Assembly (NCBI RefSeq): GCF_003334315.1
Contig: NZ_QOWR01000014.1
Reading direction: 5' to 3' (one strand)
Origin: Escherichia coli
GTDB taxonomy: Bacteria; Pseudomonadota; Gammaproteobacteria; Enterobacterales; Enterobacteriaceae
DNA length: 64,000 nt
Within the stretch, counting starts at the first letter, position 1. Each line of letters begins with the position of its first letter. Shown here one piece after another: positions 29,773-45,638 of the stretch. The position numbers and the translations under genes were made by a program. The notes below the pieces were generated by a model that saw nothing but the letters and a program-made list of their open reading frames with translations, made no database searches and was not told the DNA's origin.

Positions 29773-31525
29773 CTGTCCCCTCGCCTTGATTAATCACAAA
29801 TTCATTTTTATCGCCCGTTGTCAGCGCATCCGGCTCGATGTTCATGGTACGCAATACGCCGCCCATGATGGCACCAAAGACCGGCGCGGAAACGGCGCCG
29901 CCGTAGTATTTACCCGCCTGCGGATCGTTGATAACAACAACCAGCGCGAAGCGCGGCTGACTCGCAGGCGCAACGCCTGCGGTATAAGCAATATATTTAT
30001 TGATGTAGCGACCGTCCGGCCCGACCTTTTTCGCGGTACCGGTTTTAATGGCGATACGATAGCCTTTAATCGCCGCCTTCACGCCGCCGCCGCCTGGTAG
30101 CGCCACGCTTTCCATCATATGCACCACAGTGCGGACAATGGATTCCGGGAAGACACGTTCACCGGGAACCGGGGGGTCAACTTTGGTAATCGACAGTGGG
30201 CGATAAATGCCGTAGCTGCCGATAGTTGCGTAGACTCGCGCTAACTGTAATGGTGTTACCATTAGCCCGTAGCCGAAAGAGAAGGTGGCCCTCTCTATGT
30301 CAGACCACCGTTGTTTTTGAGGATATAAGCCACTGCGTTCTCCGACCAACCCCAAATTGGTCGCTTTTCCCAGTCCAAAACGTGAGTAAGTATCTACTAA
30401 CGCTGAGGACGGCATCGCTAACGCCAGCTTGGAAACACCGACGTTACTCGACTTCTGTAATACCCCGGTCAGGGTTAATTCGCTGTAGCGTGCCACGTCT
30501 TTGATTTCGTGGCCGTTAATTCGATAAGGAATGGTATTGAGTACCGAGTTTTCCCGCACCACGCCACGTTGCAACGCGGTCATTACCACCATCGGTTTAA
30601 CCGTTGAGCCCGGTTCAAACACGTCGGTGATGGTACGGTTACGCATCGCCTCTTTCGGCGTGCCGCTCAGATTGTTAGGGTTGTATGACGGGCTGTTAGC
30701 CATCGCCAGCACTTCACCGGTGTTGACATCCACCAGCACGGCGCTACCAGATTCAGCCTTGTTAAAGGCCACCGCGTTGTTCAGTTCGCGATAAACCAGC
30801 GCCTGCAGGCGTTCATCAATACTCAGCGCCAGGTTGTGCGCTGCCTGGCTGTCAGTAGAAGAAATATCTTCAATTACGCGACCATAGCGGTCTTTACGCA
30901 CAATGCGCTCACCCGGCTGCCCGGTAAGCCATTTATCGAAACTCTTCTCAACGCCCTCAATCCCTTGACTATCGACGTTAGTAAAGCCGATGAGGTGAGC
31001 AGTCACTTCGCCGGACGGATAGTAACGGCGAGACTCTTCACGCAGATGAATCCCCGGCAGTTTCAGTTTTTTGATGTAGTCCGCCATGTCAGGGTTCACC
31101 TGACGCGCCAGATAAATAAAGCGCCCTTTCGGGTTGGCGTTAATGCGGGCTGAAAGCTGATCCAGCGGAATATTGAGCGCGTTAGCCAGCGCCTTCCAGC
31201 GGTCACCGACGCTGATACCGCCAGCGTCATGCACTTCTTTCGGGTCAGCCCAAATCGCTTTTACCGGCACGCTCACCGCTAACGGGCGACCAGAACGGTC
31301 AGTAATCATGCCGCGGGAGGTGGAAACTTGCTGAACGCGAAGAGAACGCATGTCGCCCTCTTTCACCAGCATATCCGGGGAGATAACTTGTAACCACGCT
31401 ACGCGTCCGAGCAGAAAAGCCAGCGCCAGGAGAATACAGCCGCATAACAACGCAAAACGCCAACTGATAAAGTTGGCATGTTCTTCCTGACGTTTTGGTT
31501 TCTGCGTTTTCGCCGCTGCTTTCAT
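29759..31525 (-). CDS. ftsI: Septal peptidoglycan transpeptidase FtsI (PBP3), 588 aa
   Basis: Full-length ORF with STVK, SSN and KTG transpeptidase motifs. Confidence 0.96.
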
Positions 31526-31540
31526 GCGTCGCGTTTATCC

Positions 31541-31906
31541 TTATTTTTGCACTACGATATTTTCTTGTGACGGATCAACATGCTGCATTTGCAGCTTTTC
31601 CGTGGCGATCCTTTCCACCCGGCTATGGTCGCCGAGCGCATTCTCTTCAAGGATCAGGTTGCGCCATTCAATGTCTAAAGCATCTCGCTCCAGCACCAGT
31701 TGTTCGCGCTGAGCGGTCAGTAAACGGGTATGGTGCGCCGTGGTTACCACAGTCACCGCCGTCAAAATAATGCAAATGAACAGGCAGAGTGGCAGCTTCC
31801 CAAATCGCAAAAGATCGTCACCGATAACACCAGGCAATGCATGGCGCTCGTGGCTTCCCATCGATCCTTTAACTTTGCTTAGAGCTTCTGTCACTCTGCT
31901 GATCAT
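31541..31906 (-). CDS. ftsL: Cell-division protein FtsL, 121 aa
   Basis: [54 protein letters not shown]...; bitopic with a leucine-zipper-like periplasmic part. Confidence 0.95.
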
Positions 31907-32844
31907 GCATTCGTCCTCTCTGCAATACGCAGAACTGAACTACGGGCACGAGGGTTCTCAGCCACCTCTTCTTCGCCCGGCATTAACTTGCCTAGTGCTC
32001 GCAGCTGACGGCCACCCAGTTTTTTGAGCTGCTCTTCAGTCATCGGTAACCCTGCCGGAACTTGCGGACCGCGGCTGTTTTCACGCATAAAACGTTTCAC
32101 AATACGGTCTTCCAGCGAGTGGAAGCTGATGATCGAAAGCCGCCCACCCGGGGCCAGCACGTTGAGCGAGCTTTTTAGCGCCTGCTCTATCTCCTCCAGT
32201 TCACTGTTTACCCAAATGCGCACCGCCTGGAAGGTACGGGTCGCGGGATGTTTAAACTTATCTTTCACCGGCGTTGCAGCAGCCACGACTTCCGCCAGTT
32301 CTTTGGTGCGGGTCATCGGCTGTTCGCGGTTACGCTCGACAATGGCGCGGGCAATGCGTTTGGCAAAACGCTCTTCACCATAGGTTTTCAATACCCAGGC
32401 GATATCGGCTTCTTCTGCGGTTTGTAGCCATTCAGCGGCTGACTGCCCACGGGTTGGGTCCATACGCATGTCCAGCGGACCATCGCGCATAAAGGAAAAG
32501 CCACGTTCAGCATCATCAAGTTGCGGTGAAGAGACGCCAAGATCGAGGAGAATGCCGTCGATCTTGCCGATAAGATCGCGCTCGGCAACGTATTCGCCCA
32601 GCGCGGAGAAAGGTCCGTGGATGATGGAGAAGCGCGGATCATCAATAGTCTTCGCAACGGCGATAGCCTGCGGGTCGCGATCGATCGCCAGCAAACGCCC
32701 CTCTTCGCCAAGCTGCGAGAGGATCAGACGTGAGTGACCACCGCGACCAAAAGTCCCATCAATGTAGATGCCATCAGGACGGATATTGAGGCCATTAACG
32801 GCTTCATCCAGCAGCACCGTAGTATGTTTATAGTTTTCCATCAT
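31903..32844 (-). CDS. rsmH: 16S rRNA m4C1402 methyltransferase RsmH (MraW), 313 aa
   Basis: ORF 31903..32973 contains [38 protein letters not shown]...; ATG at 32842-32844 gives 313 aa. Confidence 0.93.
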
Positions 32845-32845
32845 T

Positions 32846-33304
32846 TTATAGAGACAAGTCCTGCAGTCGCTCCGATAAGTCTCCGGTAGCCAACTGCTCT
32901 GCGTCGATATCTTCCTTGACCTGTTGATGCCAGGTTGTTTCATCCCACAGCTCAAACTTGTTGAACTGTCCAACCAGCATCACTTCTTTTGTCAGCCCGG
33001 CATGTTGCCGCAGTACTGGCGCGATTAACAATCGACCTGCGCCATCCATCTGACATTCGCTGGCATGACCTAACAGTAGGCGCTGCACACGGCGCTCAAC
33101 CGGGTTCATGCTCGACAGACGCGATAATTTTTGCTCGATAATTTCCCATTCAGGCAGGGGGTAAAGCAGCAGGCACGGGTGATAAATGTCAATGGTGCAA
33201 ACCATTTGACCGGCAGCGTTCTCAAGCAGCTGTTCCCGATAACGGGTAGGCACTGATAAGCGCCCTTTGCTGTCGAGATTGACTAACGTTGCTCCCCGGA
33301 ACAT
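32846..33304 (-). CDS. mraZ: Transcriptional regulator MraZ, 152 aa
   Basis: ORF contains [35 protein letters not shown]...; ATG at 33302-33304 preceded by a Shine-Dalgarno-like aggggtgagg; first gene of the dcw cluster. Confidence 0.93.
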
Positions 33305-33323
33305 GCCAGCCTCACCCCTTATT

Positions 33324-33348
33324 CCCACTTTGCCCCACAATTTCCCAC
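33324..33348 (-). promoter_or_regulatory. Three GTGGG direct repeats at 10-bp spacing in the mraZ leader (MraZ operator, Pmra region)
   Basis: Plus strand shows cccac at 33324-33328, 33334-33338 and 33344-33348 (GTGGG on the gene strand), exactly one helical turn apart; matches the reported MraZ binding-repeat architecture. Confidence 0.7.
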
Positions 33349-33905
33349 TGAAAGGAGTTTACGGAGCTGAGGAAAAGCTTGTCAAGCCAGTCACAAGGCA
33401 TACCGAGGTAAAAAACCCGATGTTTACGGCTAATATCAGCGTTGTTTATTTTACGTCCAACGTGCGAAGCAAATTAACGTTATGAATAGCTGTAAGAAAA
33501 AATCCCTCATCGTCATCACTGTTTTAAAATGACTCACTATTTTCCACAGCAAATATAAAGTGTCAGTTTGCGACGCGAGCGGCATTTTAGGACATATCTT
33601 CCCCGGTTAACAGTCCTTGTTACGTCTGTGTGGCGCTTGATGCCAGCGGGTTTGCGCAAAAGCAAAGAAAAGTGTTTGTTAAATCGGCAATTCATCGCCG
33701 CATGTAACAAAATAATGCAAAAACGCGCTGTCGATATCACTTAATTATTGTGAATTTCAGCTGGTGAGTTAATTAACGGGCGGGTTTAAAAGCATTTATC
33801 AATAATAGTCAGGAATAGTCTTATTTACTTTAAGCATATTGATGTCCAGTCCCGTACTCTACGCGCCAGAGGGAAATTCACCTGGCGCGTATTTTTGTTC
33901 GCGGC

Positions 33906-34910
33906 TTAGCTACGGCTGAGCACGCCGCGGCGATAGAGATTACGTTTAATGCGCGTTAAACCAGGTTTTGGCTTACGCGGTTCGTCCAGGCTTGCCAGGA
34001 CAATCTCCAGCACACGCTCTGCGACATCGCGGTGACGTTGAGCCACTGCCAGCACCGGACACTGTAAGAAGTCGAGCAGTTCGTTATCGCCAAAGGTGGC
34101 AATTGCCAGGTCAGAAGGCAGTTTGCCGTCGCGACGCAGCGTGACATCCATCACTCCTTGCAACAACGCAAACGACGTTGTGAACAGCGCCTGCGGCATC
34201 GGATGCGTTTCCAGCCATTTTTCGAATAACTGGGCAGCCGCCTCCCGCTCATAGCTGTTGGCATACAGGAAATGCACTTCGCGCGGATCATCTTTCCAGG
34301 CAGTACGGAAACCTTGTTCACGCAGGAAGCTGACAGAAAGCTCCGGTAGCGCACCAAGATAAAGCACCGTCTCGGCGGGAAACTTACGTAACTCTTCCGC
34401 CAGCATTTCGGCATCATCCTGATCGGCACCAACCACGCTGGTGAAGTGTTCACGATCGAGGGCGCGGTCCAGCGCGACAATCGGGAACGGGTCGTTAGCC
34501 CAGCGTTGATAAAAAGGATGCTCAGGAGGCAACGACGTCGAAACAATAATGGCATCAACCTGACGCTGTAAAAGGTGCTCAATGCACCGCATTTCGTTGT
34601 CTGGCTGATCTTCTGAGCAGGCAATCAGCAGTTGATAACCCCGTTGCCGCGCCTGGCGTTCAAGATAGTTAGCGATGCGGGTATAGCTGGTGTTCTCCAG
34701 ATCGGGGATCACAAGACCAATAGAACGTGTGCGTCCAGCACGAAGCCCAGCTGCCACGGCGTTCGGGTGGTAATTGTGCTCACGCACCACAGCCATGACT
34801 TTTTCAACGGTTTTGTCGCTCACACGGTATTGCTTCGCTTTGCCGTTAATAACATAGCTTGCAGTGGTCCGCGACACTCCCGCCAGCCGAGCGATTTCAT
34901 CCAGTTTCAC
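33906..34910 (-). CDS. cra: Catabolite repressor/activator Cra (FruR), LacI family, 334 aa, GTG start
   Basis: Full-length ORF (V/M)[55 protein letters not shown]...; start codon reads GTG. Confidence 0.95.
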   Translation of the reverse strand: MKLDEIARLAGVSRTTASYVINGKAKQYRVSDKTVEKVMAVVREHNYHPNAVAAGLRAGRTRSIGLVIPDLENTSYTRIANYLERQARQRGYQLLIACSEDQPDNEMRCIEHLLQRQVDAIIVSTSLPPEHPFYQRWANDPFPIVALDRALDREHFTSVVGADQDDAEMLAEELRKFPAETVLYLGALPELSVSFLREQGFRTAWKDDPREVHFLYANSYEREAAAQLFEKWLETHPMPQALFTTSFALLQGVMDVTLRRDGKLPSDLAIATFGDNELLDFLQCPVLAVAQRHRDVAERVLEIVLASLDEPRKPKPGLTRIKRNLYRRGVLSRS

Positions 34911-35034
34911 AATTGCCCCTTGCGTAAAATGTAAAAACCATAGCCATTGTACTGGTATGGGTTAAATTCATTAACATCTAAGCGCAGAAAATTAACTGCG
35001 GCAACTGCTTTTATTCCAGGTTCCCACTGATTTC

Positions 35035-35068
35035 GCAAAAAAAGCCCAACGTGACATGTTGGGCTGTA
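35035..35068 (-). terminator. Rho-independent terminator downstream of ilvH
   Basis: Minus strand reads gcccaac-atgtcac-gttgggc followed by a 7-U run, about 20 nt past the ilvH stop. Confidence 0.75.
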
Positions 35069-35089
35069 AATTGCGCATTGAGATCATTC

Positions 35090-35581
35090 TCAACGCATTA
35101 TTTTATCGCCGCGCGAAAGTCCGACCACACCAGAGCGAGCAACCTCCACAATTTTCGCCACATCGCGAATCGATGCTAAAAATGCATCAAGCTTACCGCT
35201 GGTGCCTGCTAATTGAACGGTATAAAGCGAGGGTGTGACATCGATAATTTGCCCACGGAATATTTCCGTATTACGTTTCACTTCGTCACGCCCGTAACCG
35301 CTGGCCTGAATTTTCACCAGCATGATTTCCCGCTCAACATGCGCGCCCTGCCCCAACTCACTCACGCGCAAGACATCGACCAGTTTGTGTAATTGCTTTT
35401 CGATCTGCTCAAGTACTTTTTCATCGCCCACGGTCTGGATGGTCATACGCGATAATGTCGGATCGTCGGTTGGCGCAACGGTCAGGCTTTCAATGTTGTA
35501 GCCACGCTGGGAAAAAAGGCCAATCACGCGGGATAACGCGCCTGATTCATTTTCGAGTAAGACTGATAATATCCGGCGCAT
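35090..35581 (-). CDS. ilvH: Acetolactate synthase III small (regulatory) subunit IlvH, 163 aa
   Basis: ORF contains [49 protein letters not shown]...; ATG at 35579-35581. Confidence 0.93.
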
Positions 35582-35583
35582 AA

Positions 35584-37308
35584 TCAGGTTCTCTCCGTTT
35601 TGCTTAACCACATTTCATCCATTCCGCCCCCGCGAATCTGCATCGGGTAGACGTGCTCGCTGCCATCGACGGTAACATCAACAAACACCAGGCGATTATT
35701 GCGCACCTGTTCCAGCGCCTCGCTAAGTTTGCTTTCCAGCTCATGCGGATGAGAAATCTGGATCCCGACATGCCCATAGGCTTCCGCCAGACGGACGAAA
35801 TCGGGTAGCGATTGCATATAAGATTGTGAATGACGGCCGGAATAGATCATGTCCTGCCACTGCTTCACCATCCCCAGATAGCGGTTATTGAGATTCACCA
35901 CCAGTACGGGCAACTCGTATTGCAACGCGGTAGACAGTTCCTGGATGTTCATCTGAATACTGCCGTCGCCAGTGACGCAAACCACGGTTTCTTCTGGCAA
36001 CGCCATTTTGACGCCCAGTGCCGCAGGTAAACCAAAACCCATCGTGCCGAGGCCACCGGAATTGATCCAGCGACGCGGTTTGTCGAATGGATAATAAAGT
36101 GCAGCAAACATCTGGTGCTGCCCGACATCGGACGTCACGTAAGCGTCTCCCTTCGTCAACCGCCAAAGAGTCTCGATCACCGCCTGCGGTTTAATCTTTT
36201 CACTGTGAGTGTCATATTTCAGGCACTGACGAGCGCGCCACTGTTCAATTTGCTGCCACCAGTCGCGGATCTCATCCAGTGGTTGATGGGCGGATTCTTG
36301 CGACAAGAGTTCAAGCATTTGTTCGAGGACCTGGCGAGCATCCCCCACAATCGGGATATCCGCAGTCACGGTTTTAGAAATGGAAGTAGGATCAATATCG
36401 ATATGCAGAACAGTGGCATTTGGGCAGTACTTTGCCAGATTGTTCGTCGTTCGGTCATCAAATCGTACCCCGACGGCGAAAATCACATCCGCGTTATGCA
36501 TCGTCATATTGGCTTCGTAGGTACCGTGCATTCCCAGCATGCCCAGTGCCTGACGATGCGTTGCCGGAAACGCCCCCAGCCCCATCAATGAGCAAACAAC
36601 GGGCAGATTCAACGCCTCCACCGTTTCTTTCAACTGCTGATGGCAGCCCGCCGTGATTGCCCCACCGCCTACGTAGACAACCGGTTTTTTTGCCGCTACC
36701 AGCGTTTGCAGAGCACGCTTAATTTGCCCTTTATGTCCGGTAGTAGTGGGATTGTAAGAACGCATACTGACCGACTCCGGCCAGACATAGGGTAATTTGT
36801 TCGCCGGATTAAGAATATCTTTCGGTAAATCAACGACTACTGGTCCTGGGCGACCACTTGCCGCCAGCCAGAAAGCCTTTTTCAGCACCTGCGGAATGTC
36901 TTCCGTTTGCTTAACCAGAAAACTGTGTTTAACCACCGGTCGCGAAATCCCCACCATGTCGCACTCCTGAAAGGCATCGTAACCTATCAACGAGGTCGCT
37001 ACCTGCCCGGAAAGGACAACTAATGGAATGGAATCCATATAAGCGGTGGCGATGCCAGTAATCGCATTGGTCGCCCCTGGACCCGACGTTACCAGCACGA
37101 CGCCGACTTCCCCGGTCGCGCGCGCCAGGCCATCGGCCATATGCACCGCCGCCTGCTCATGACGAACTAATACATGATCAATACCACCCACGGTATGCAA
37201 TGCATCATAAATATCAAGGACTGCGCCTCCGGGATAACCGAATACTTGTTTAACGCCCTGATCGATAAGCGATCGGACGACCATCTCGGCTCCAGACAAC
37301 ATCTCCAT
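35584..37308 (-). CDS. ilvI: Acetolactate synthase III large subunit IlvI, 574 aa
   Basis: ORF 35584..37398 contains [37 protein letters not shown]...; ATG at 37306-37308. Confidence 0.93.
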   Translation of the reverse strand: MEMLSGAEMVVRSLIDQGVKQVFGYPGGAVLDIYDALHTVGGIDHVLVRHEQAAVHMADGLARATGEVGVVLVTSGPGATNAITGIATAYMDSIPLVVLSGQVATSLIGYDAFQECDMVGISRPVVKHSFLVKQTEDIPQVLKKAFWLAASGRPGPVVVDLPKDILNPANKLPYVWPESVSMRSYNPTTTGHKGQIKRALQTLVAAKKPVVYVGGGAITAGCHQQLKETVEALNLPVVCSLMGLGAFPATHRQALGMLGMHGTYEANMTMHNADVIFAVGVRFDDRTTNNLAKYCPNATVLHIDIDPTSISKTVTADIPIVGDARQVLEQMLELLSQESAHQPLDEIRDWWQQIEQWRARQCLKYDTHSEKIKPQAVIETLWRLTKGDAYVTSDVGQHQMFAALYYPFDKPRRWINSGGLGTMGFGLPAALGVKMALPEETVVCVTGDGSIQMNIQELSTALQYELPVLVVNLNNRYLGMVKQWQDMIYSGRHSQSYMQSLPDFVRLAEAYGHVGIQISHPHELESKLSEALEQVRNNRLVFVDVTVDGSEHVYPMQIRGGGMDEMWLSKTERT

Positions 37309-37625
37309 GGCCTGCCTCACTGTTTGACGGAAAAAATGTGTAAAACACATTAACCGTCCGATCTTGCTTAAGCAATTGGCAGCCAGAGACATAAACACGG
37401 GGTAATAAGAATAAACAGGAGGAAAGGTGAAAAGAAACGATAAAATCCTCCATTACAGAGGATTAAATTGATAATAAATCGGCTGAATCCCACAACTTAC
37501 AGCAATTTCTCTATTTTTTTAATTAATCCTAAAATAGAGAGCCCACACATTCAGAATAAAATTCTACATTCAATAAAAAATGCAGAATAAACCAGACATT
37601 CATGTCTGACCTATTCTGCAATCAG

Positions 37626-38570
37626 TTAGCGTTTGCAAATTGAGACTAATTGCTCTTCCATCCACTGATGGCCTTTATCGCGCCCGGCAGCTTCATGCCA
37701 GGAGAGATAACAGGTTCTGCTGTTTTGTTTTAACGGCAGCGGTAATACCTGTAATTCTAAGGATTCAGCGAACTCTTCAGCCAGCCAACGCGGCGCAATA
37801 GCGACCAAATGCGTTTGCGACACCACGCTAAGTACGCTCATCATTGCCATGCCCTGATACGCGATACTGGCTTGCTTATCTACCGTGTCATACCAAGGTT
37901 GACTAAATGACGCGAAACGATCGAGCGAAACCGCCGCATGTTGTTCGTTATAAACATCATGTTTCAGTAACGGGCCCTTAATTGTTGGATGATTTTTGCT
38001 GGCTACCAGCACCATTTCATCTTTAAATAATGGTACGCTGGTAAATTCAGGACGATGGAAGTCTTCATAACTAATCACAAACTCCGTTTCCTGATAACGC
38101 AGCTGATGTTCAGTGTTCTGATTTAATGAAGACTTGAACATAACATGTATATTTGGCGCAATCTGCTCAATGTGATTATAAATCTGCGAGGTCAGAATGC
38201 TGTCTAACGGGCTGCAAACACAAAGATGAAATACACGTTCACTACTCGCGGGTTCAAAACCTGAACCAGGCAATTCATTTTGTACTAGTTGCAATGCCTG
38301 GCGAACTGAACCAAAAAGTTGAAATGCGCGAGCAGTCGGTTGAATACCACGGCCATAACGAACAAAAAGCTCGTCATTAAACATCACCTTCAGGCGTGCA
38401 ACAGCGTTACTGACCGCAGGTTGCGACATACCCAGAACATGAGCGGCACGGGTAATGTTTTGCTCCTGCATCACGGCATCGAAAACGGTTAATAAGTTGA
38501 GATCGACCATGCGTAGCTGTGGCTTGCTTAACTCCGCCGTCTCTGAATGATCTGTTTGTACCTCTGGCAT
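37626..38570 (-). CDS. leuO: LysR-family global regulator LeuO, 314 aa
   Basis: ORF 37626..38654 contains [60 protein letters not shown]...; ATG at 38568-38570. Confidence 0.92.
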   Translation of the reverse strand: MPEVQTDHSETAELSKPQLRMVDLNLLTVFDAVMQEQNITRAAHVLGMSQPAVSNAVARLKVMFNDELFVRYGRGIQPTARAFQLFGSVRQALQLVQNELPGSGFEPASSERVFHLCVCSPLDSILTSQIYNHIEQIAPNIHVMFKSSLNQNTEHQLRYQETEFVISYEDFHRPEFTSVPLFKDEMVLVASKNHPTIKGPLLKHDVYNEQHAAVSLDRFASFSQPWYDTVDKQASIAYQGMAMMSVLSVVSQTHLVAIAPRWLAEEFAESLELQVLPLPLKQNSRTCYLSWHEAAGRDKGHQWMEEQLVSICKR

Positions 38571-38654
38571 ACTTAACTCCACTGTCACACTTAACTCCCT
38601 TTCCCTTATTGGAATGCAGAGAAATAATCCTGAAGAATATGATTTATCATGCAT

Positions 38655-39130
38655 ATAAAATAAGAAAAAGGAAAATGAGTAAAATTAGGAAAACATAAAG
38701 ATACGGGTTCTGATAAAAACAGAATCCATTGCCGTGAAATGAGTCATTTACCACAGCATAATAATCCATAATGATTTTGTTGCGAAAACAATCTAATCAT
38801 AACTACCGCGAATACTCAATCATCTACAAAATGGATTAAATGTGCTTATTTAATAATTAATTTATATATTTAATGCATTAATTCTTAACATTAATTGATC
38901 AATAATATTCACCAAATCAATATCAAAAAAAATCGCAAAACATATAATTCAATACAAATCATCAGGATAGGTTTTGCAACGCGTGCATTTTGTCCCCTTT
39001 TTCCTCGTTGATTAGATGCAAAAATTTATGCTGAAATATGTCAACCGATGAAAAGCGTCGGTAGTTAAGCAGAAATTAATATCGCTTACTTTAACCACCG
39101 CAGCACAATTAGCTAATTTTACGGATGCAG
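38655..39130. promoter_or_regulatory. Strongly AT-rich leuO-leuL divergent control region (expected H-NS/LeuO-bound)
   Basis: Very AT-rich tracts read directly (e.g. taatttatatatttaatgcattaattcttaacattaattgatcaataatattc); H-NS/LeuO binding is from established knowledge of this locus. Confidence 0.6.
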
Positions 39131-39229
39131 AACTCACGCTGGCGGGACGTTTTTATTGCGTCAGGGTTGACATCCGTTTTTGTATCCAGTAACTCTAAAA
39201 GCATATCGCATTCATCTGGAGCTGATTTA

Positions 39230-39316
39230 ATGACTCACATCGTTCGCTTTATCGGTCTACTACTACTAAACGCATCTTCTTTGCGCGGTAGACGAGTGAG
39301 CGGCATCCAGCATTAA
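39230..39316 (+). CDS. leuL: leu operon leader peptide LeuL, 28 aa
   Basis: [28 protein letters not shown] with four consecutive rare CUA Leu codons (cta cta cta cta) followed by the attenuator hairpin. Confidence 0.92.
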
Positions 39317-39337
39317 GCCAGCACGCAGTCAAACAAA

Positions 39338-39366
39338 AAACCCGCGCCATTGCGCGGGTTTTTTTA
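39338..39366 (+). terminator. leu attenuator (rho-independent terminator)
   Basis: aaaaaa-cccgcgc-cattg-cgcgggttttttt, GC stem plus T-run between leuL and leuA. Confidence 0.9.
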
Positions 39367-39408
39367 TGCCCGAAGCGAGGCGCTCTAAAAGAGACAAGGA
39401 CCCAAACC

Positions 39409-42071
<2,663 letters not shown>

Positions 42072-42073
42072 TC

Positions 42074-44090
<2,017 letters not shown>

Positions 44091-44097
44091 TCCCCTT

Positions 44098-44120
44098 GCC
44101 CGGTCAAATGACCGGGCTTT
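44098..44120 (+). terminator. Stem-loop after leuD (leu operon terminator), between convergent leuD and setA
   Basis: gcccgg-tcaaatga-ccgggc followed by ttt. Confidence 0.6.
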
Positions 44121-44138
44121 CCGCTATCGTCCACGTCA

Positions 44139-45317
44139 TCAAACGTCTTTAACCTTTGCGGTTAAAAATAATGCGATAACAGAAATAACCGCAATTACCC
44201 AGTAGACAGCAAAGTGCCCCCAACTTTGTGCAATTGCTCCCTGAATAACGCCAGCCAGAATTACCCCGGTAGAAATACTGTTAGTAAATAAGGTGGTAGC
44301 TGCCCCCGCTCTTCCAGGCATTAAATCCTGAAACCATAGCATCCCAATACCCGCAACAATGCCGATAAATACAGCGTTAAAAAGTTGCAGCGTCATCAAC
44401 GCCAGACGGCTATGAAATAAAATCAATCCGGTGTAAAACAGTACTCCTGCCGCCACTGCTATGACCATCATTCGCCGCTTACCATAACGTTTGACATAGT
44501 AGCCAGCCAGAATCATTGCTGGTATTTCCAGACCAGCTGCCGTCCCCATCAGGAAACCCGCCAGTTTGTCTGGCAATCCTAACTCGCTACTGATCCACAA
44601 CGGCATATCAATAATGTACATGGTGTTGCAGGTCCACATTAACGTCGAGGCGACAAATAACATCCGTACGTTACTATCCTGCCAGCCACCTTGCATTGAT
44701 AAAGCATTTTCCGACGGCAGTTCTACCCGCGCCACAGACGGAAGCATAAATGCAATCAATACCAGACTGAGTGTGAATATCCCGGCGGCAATCGAAAACA
44801 TCACCGTAAAGCCGTAATTCAACGCCAGCATAAAGGCCAACGGTGGACCGATAACCCATGCCAGAGAAAGCTGCGCACGCATCACCGAGCTAAACATCAC
44901 CACTTCTCGCGCCGAGTTATCCGCATATTCCCGCGCCAGAGCAAATAACTGTGGCATTGCCGTATTGGCCAGAGATGCCAGAAGCACACCACAGGTGATA
45001 AGCGTCAGATAATGACGATTAAATGCAAACAATAGCGCATTGCCGATAGCCATCAAACAGCAAAATATAATCAGTTTTCGCCGATCGCCCTGACTGTCAG
45101 AACGTTTTGCCAACCAGAGGCTTACGCCGATCCCAGCAATAGCATTCACCGTATAAAAGAGTCCGATCCAGAAAGGTTGCGCGCCAACCTCACGACTCAG
45201 GTATAAGCTCAATGTAGGAGCCTGTAGCGCCCCGGCCACCCCCATCATAAAAGCGACCAGCATAAATGCCGCGTAAACACCGTTCATACGGCGAGCCATC
45301 GTCATTATCCAGATCAT
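44139..45317 (-). CDS. setA: Sugar efflux transporter SetA (MFS), 392 aa
   Basis: Full-length ORF MIWIMTMARRMNGVYAAFMLVAFMMGVAGALQAPTLSLYLSREVG...; lies immediately downstream of sgrS on the same strand. Confidence 0.94.
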   Translation of the reverse strand: MIWIMTMARRMNGVYAAFMLVAFMMGVAGALQAPTLSLYLSREVGAQPFWIGLFYTVNAIAGIGVSLWLAKRSDSQGDRRKLIIFCCLMAIGNALLFAFNRHYLTLITCGVLLASLANTAMPQLFALAREYADNSAREVVMFSSVMRAQLSLAWVIGPPLAFMLALNYGFTVMFSIAAGIFTLSLVLIAFMLPSVARVELPSENALSMQGGWQDSNVRMLFVASTLMWTCNTMYIIDMPLWISSELGLPDKLAGFLMGTAAGLEIPAMILAGYYVKRYGKRRMMVIAVAAGVLFYTGLILFHSRLALMTLQLFNAVFIGIVAGIGMLWFQDLMPGRAGAATTLFTNSISTGVILAGVIQGAIAQSWGHFAVYWVIAVISVIALFLTAKVKDV

Positions 45318-45344
45318 ACGTTCCCTTTTTAGCGCGGCGAGAAT

Positions 45345-45571
45345 AAAAAAAACCAGCAGGTATAATCTGCTGGCGGGTGATTTTACACCAATACTCAGTC
45401 ACACATGATGCAGGCAAGTCAACTTTCAGAATTGCGGTCATCCCACTGCATCAGTCCTTCAAGCATGGTTAATCGTTGTGGGACGCTTAACCAACGCAAC
45501 CAGCACAACTTCGCTGTCGCGGTAAAATAGTGCTGATAAAACTGACGCATGGGGCACCCCCTTGCTTCATC
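45345..45571 (-). ncRNA. sgrS: Small RNA SgrS (glucose-phosphate stress sRNA), about 227 nt
   Basis: Minus strand reads GATGAAGCAAGGGGGTGCCCCATGCGTCAGTTTTATCAG ... CCAGCAGATTATACCTGCTGGTTTTTTTT, matching SgrS as I recall it, including the 3' terminator hairpin with poly-U and the internal sgrT ORF. Confidence 0.9.
45419..45550 (-). CDS. sgrT: SgrT, 43-aa peptide encoded within SgrS
   Basis: MRQFYQHYFTATAKLCWLRWLSVPQRLTMLEGLMQWDDRNSES read from the ATG at 45548-45550. Confidence 0.85.
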   Translation of the reverse strand: MRQFYQHYFTATAKLCWLRWLSVPQRLTMLEGLMQWDDRNSES

Positions 45572-45638
45572 GTTAGGAATTATTGACTTAATATAGGGAA
45601 AATAAAATTGCTGTCTTTTGCACAGGAGTTCCCCTTTT

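Noticed and set aside
33267-33740. Small ORFs (72 aa plus strand, 67 aa minus strand) in the cra-mraZ spacer
   Set aside because: One overlaps the mraZ start and operator and the other lies in AT-rich promoter DNA; no ribosome-binding site and no recognisable sequence features. More likely non-coding regulatory DNA.
39125-39316. 63-aa ORF ending at the leuL stop
   Set aside because: Only the last 28 codons (from the ATG at 39230) correspond to the leu leader peptide; the upstream extension runs through the AT-rich promoter region and is not supported.
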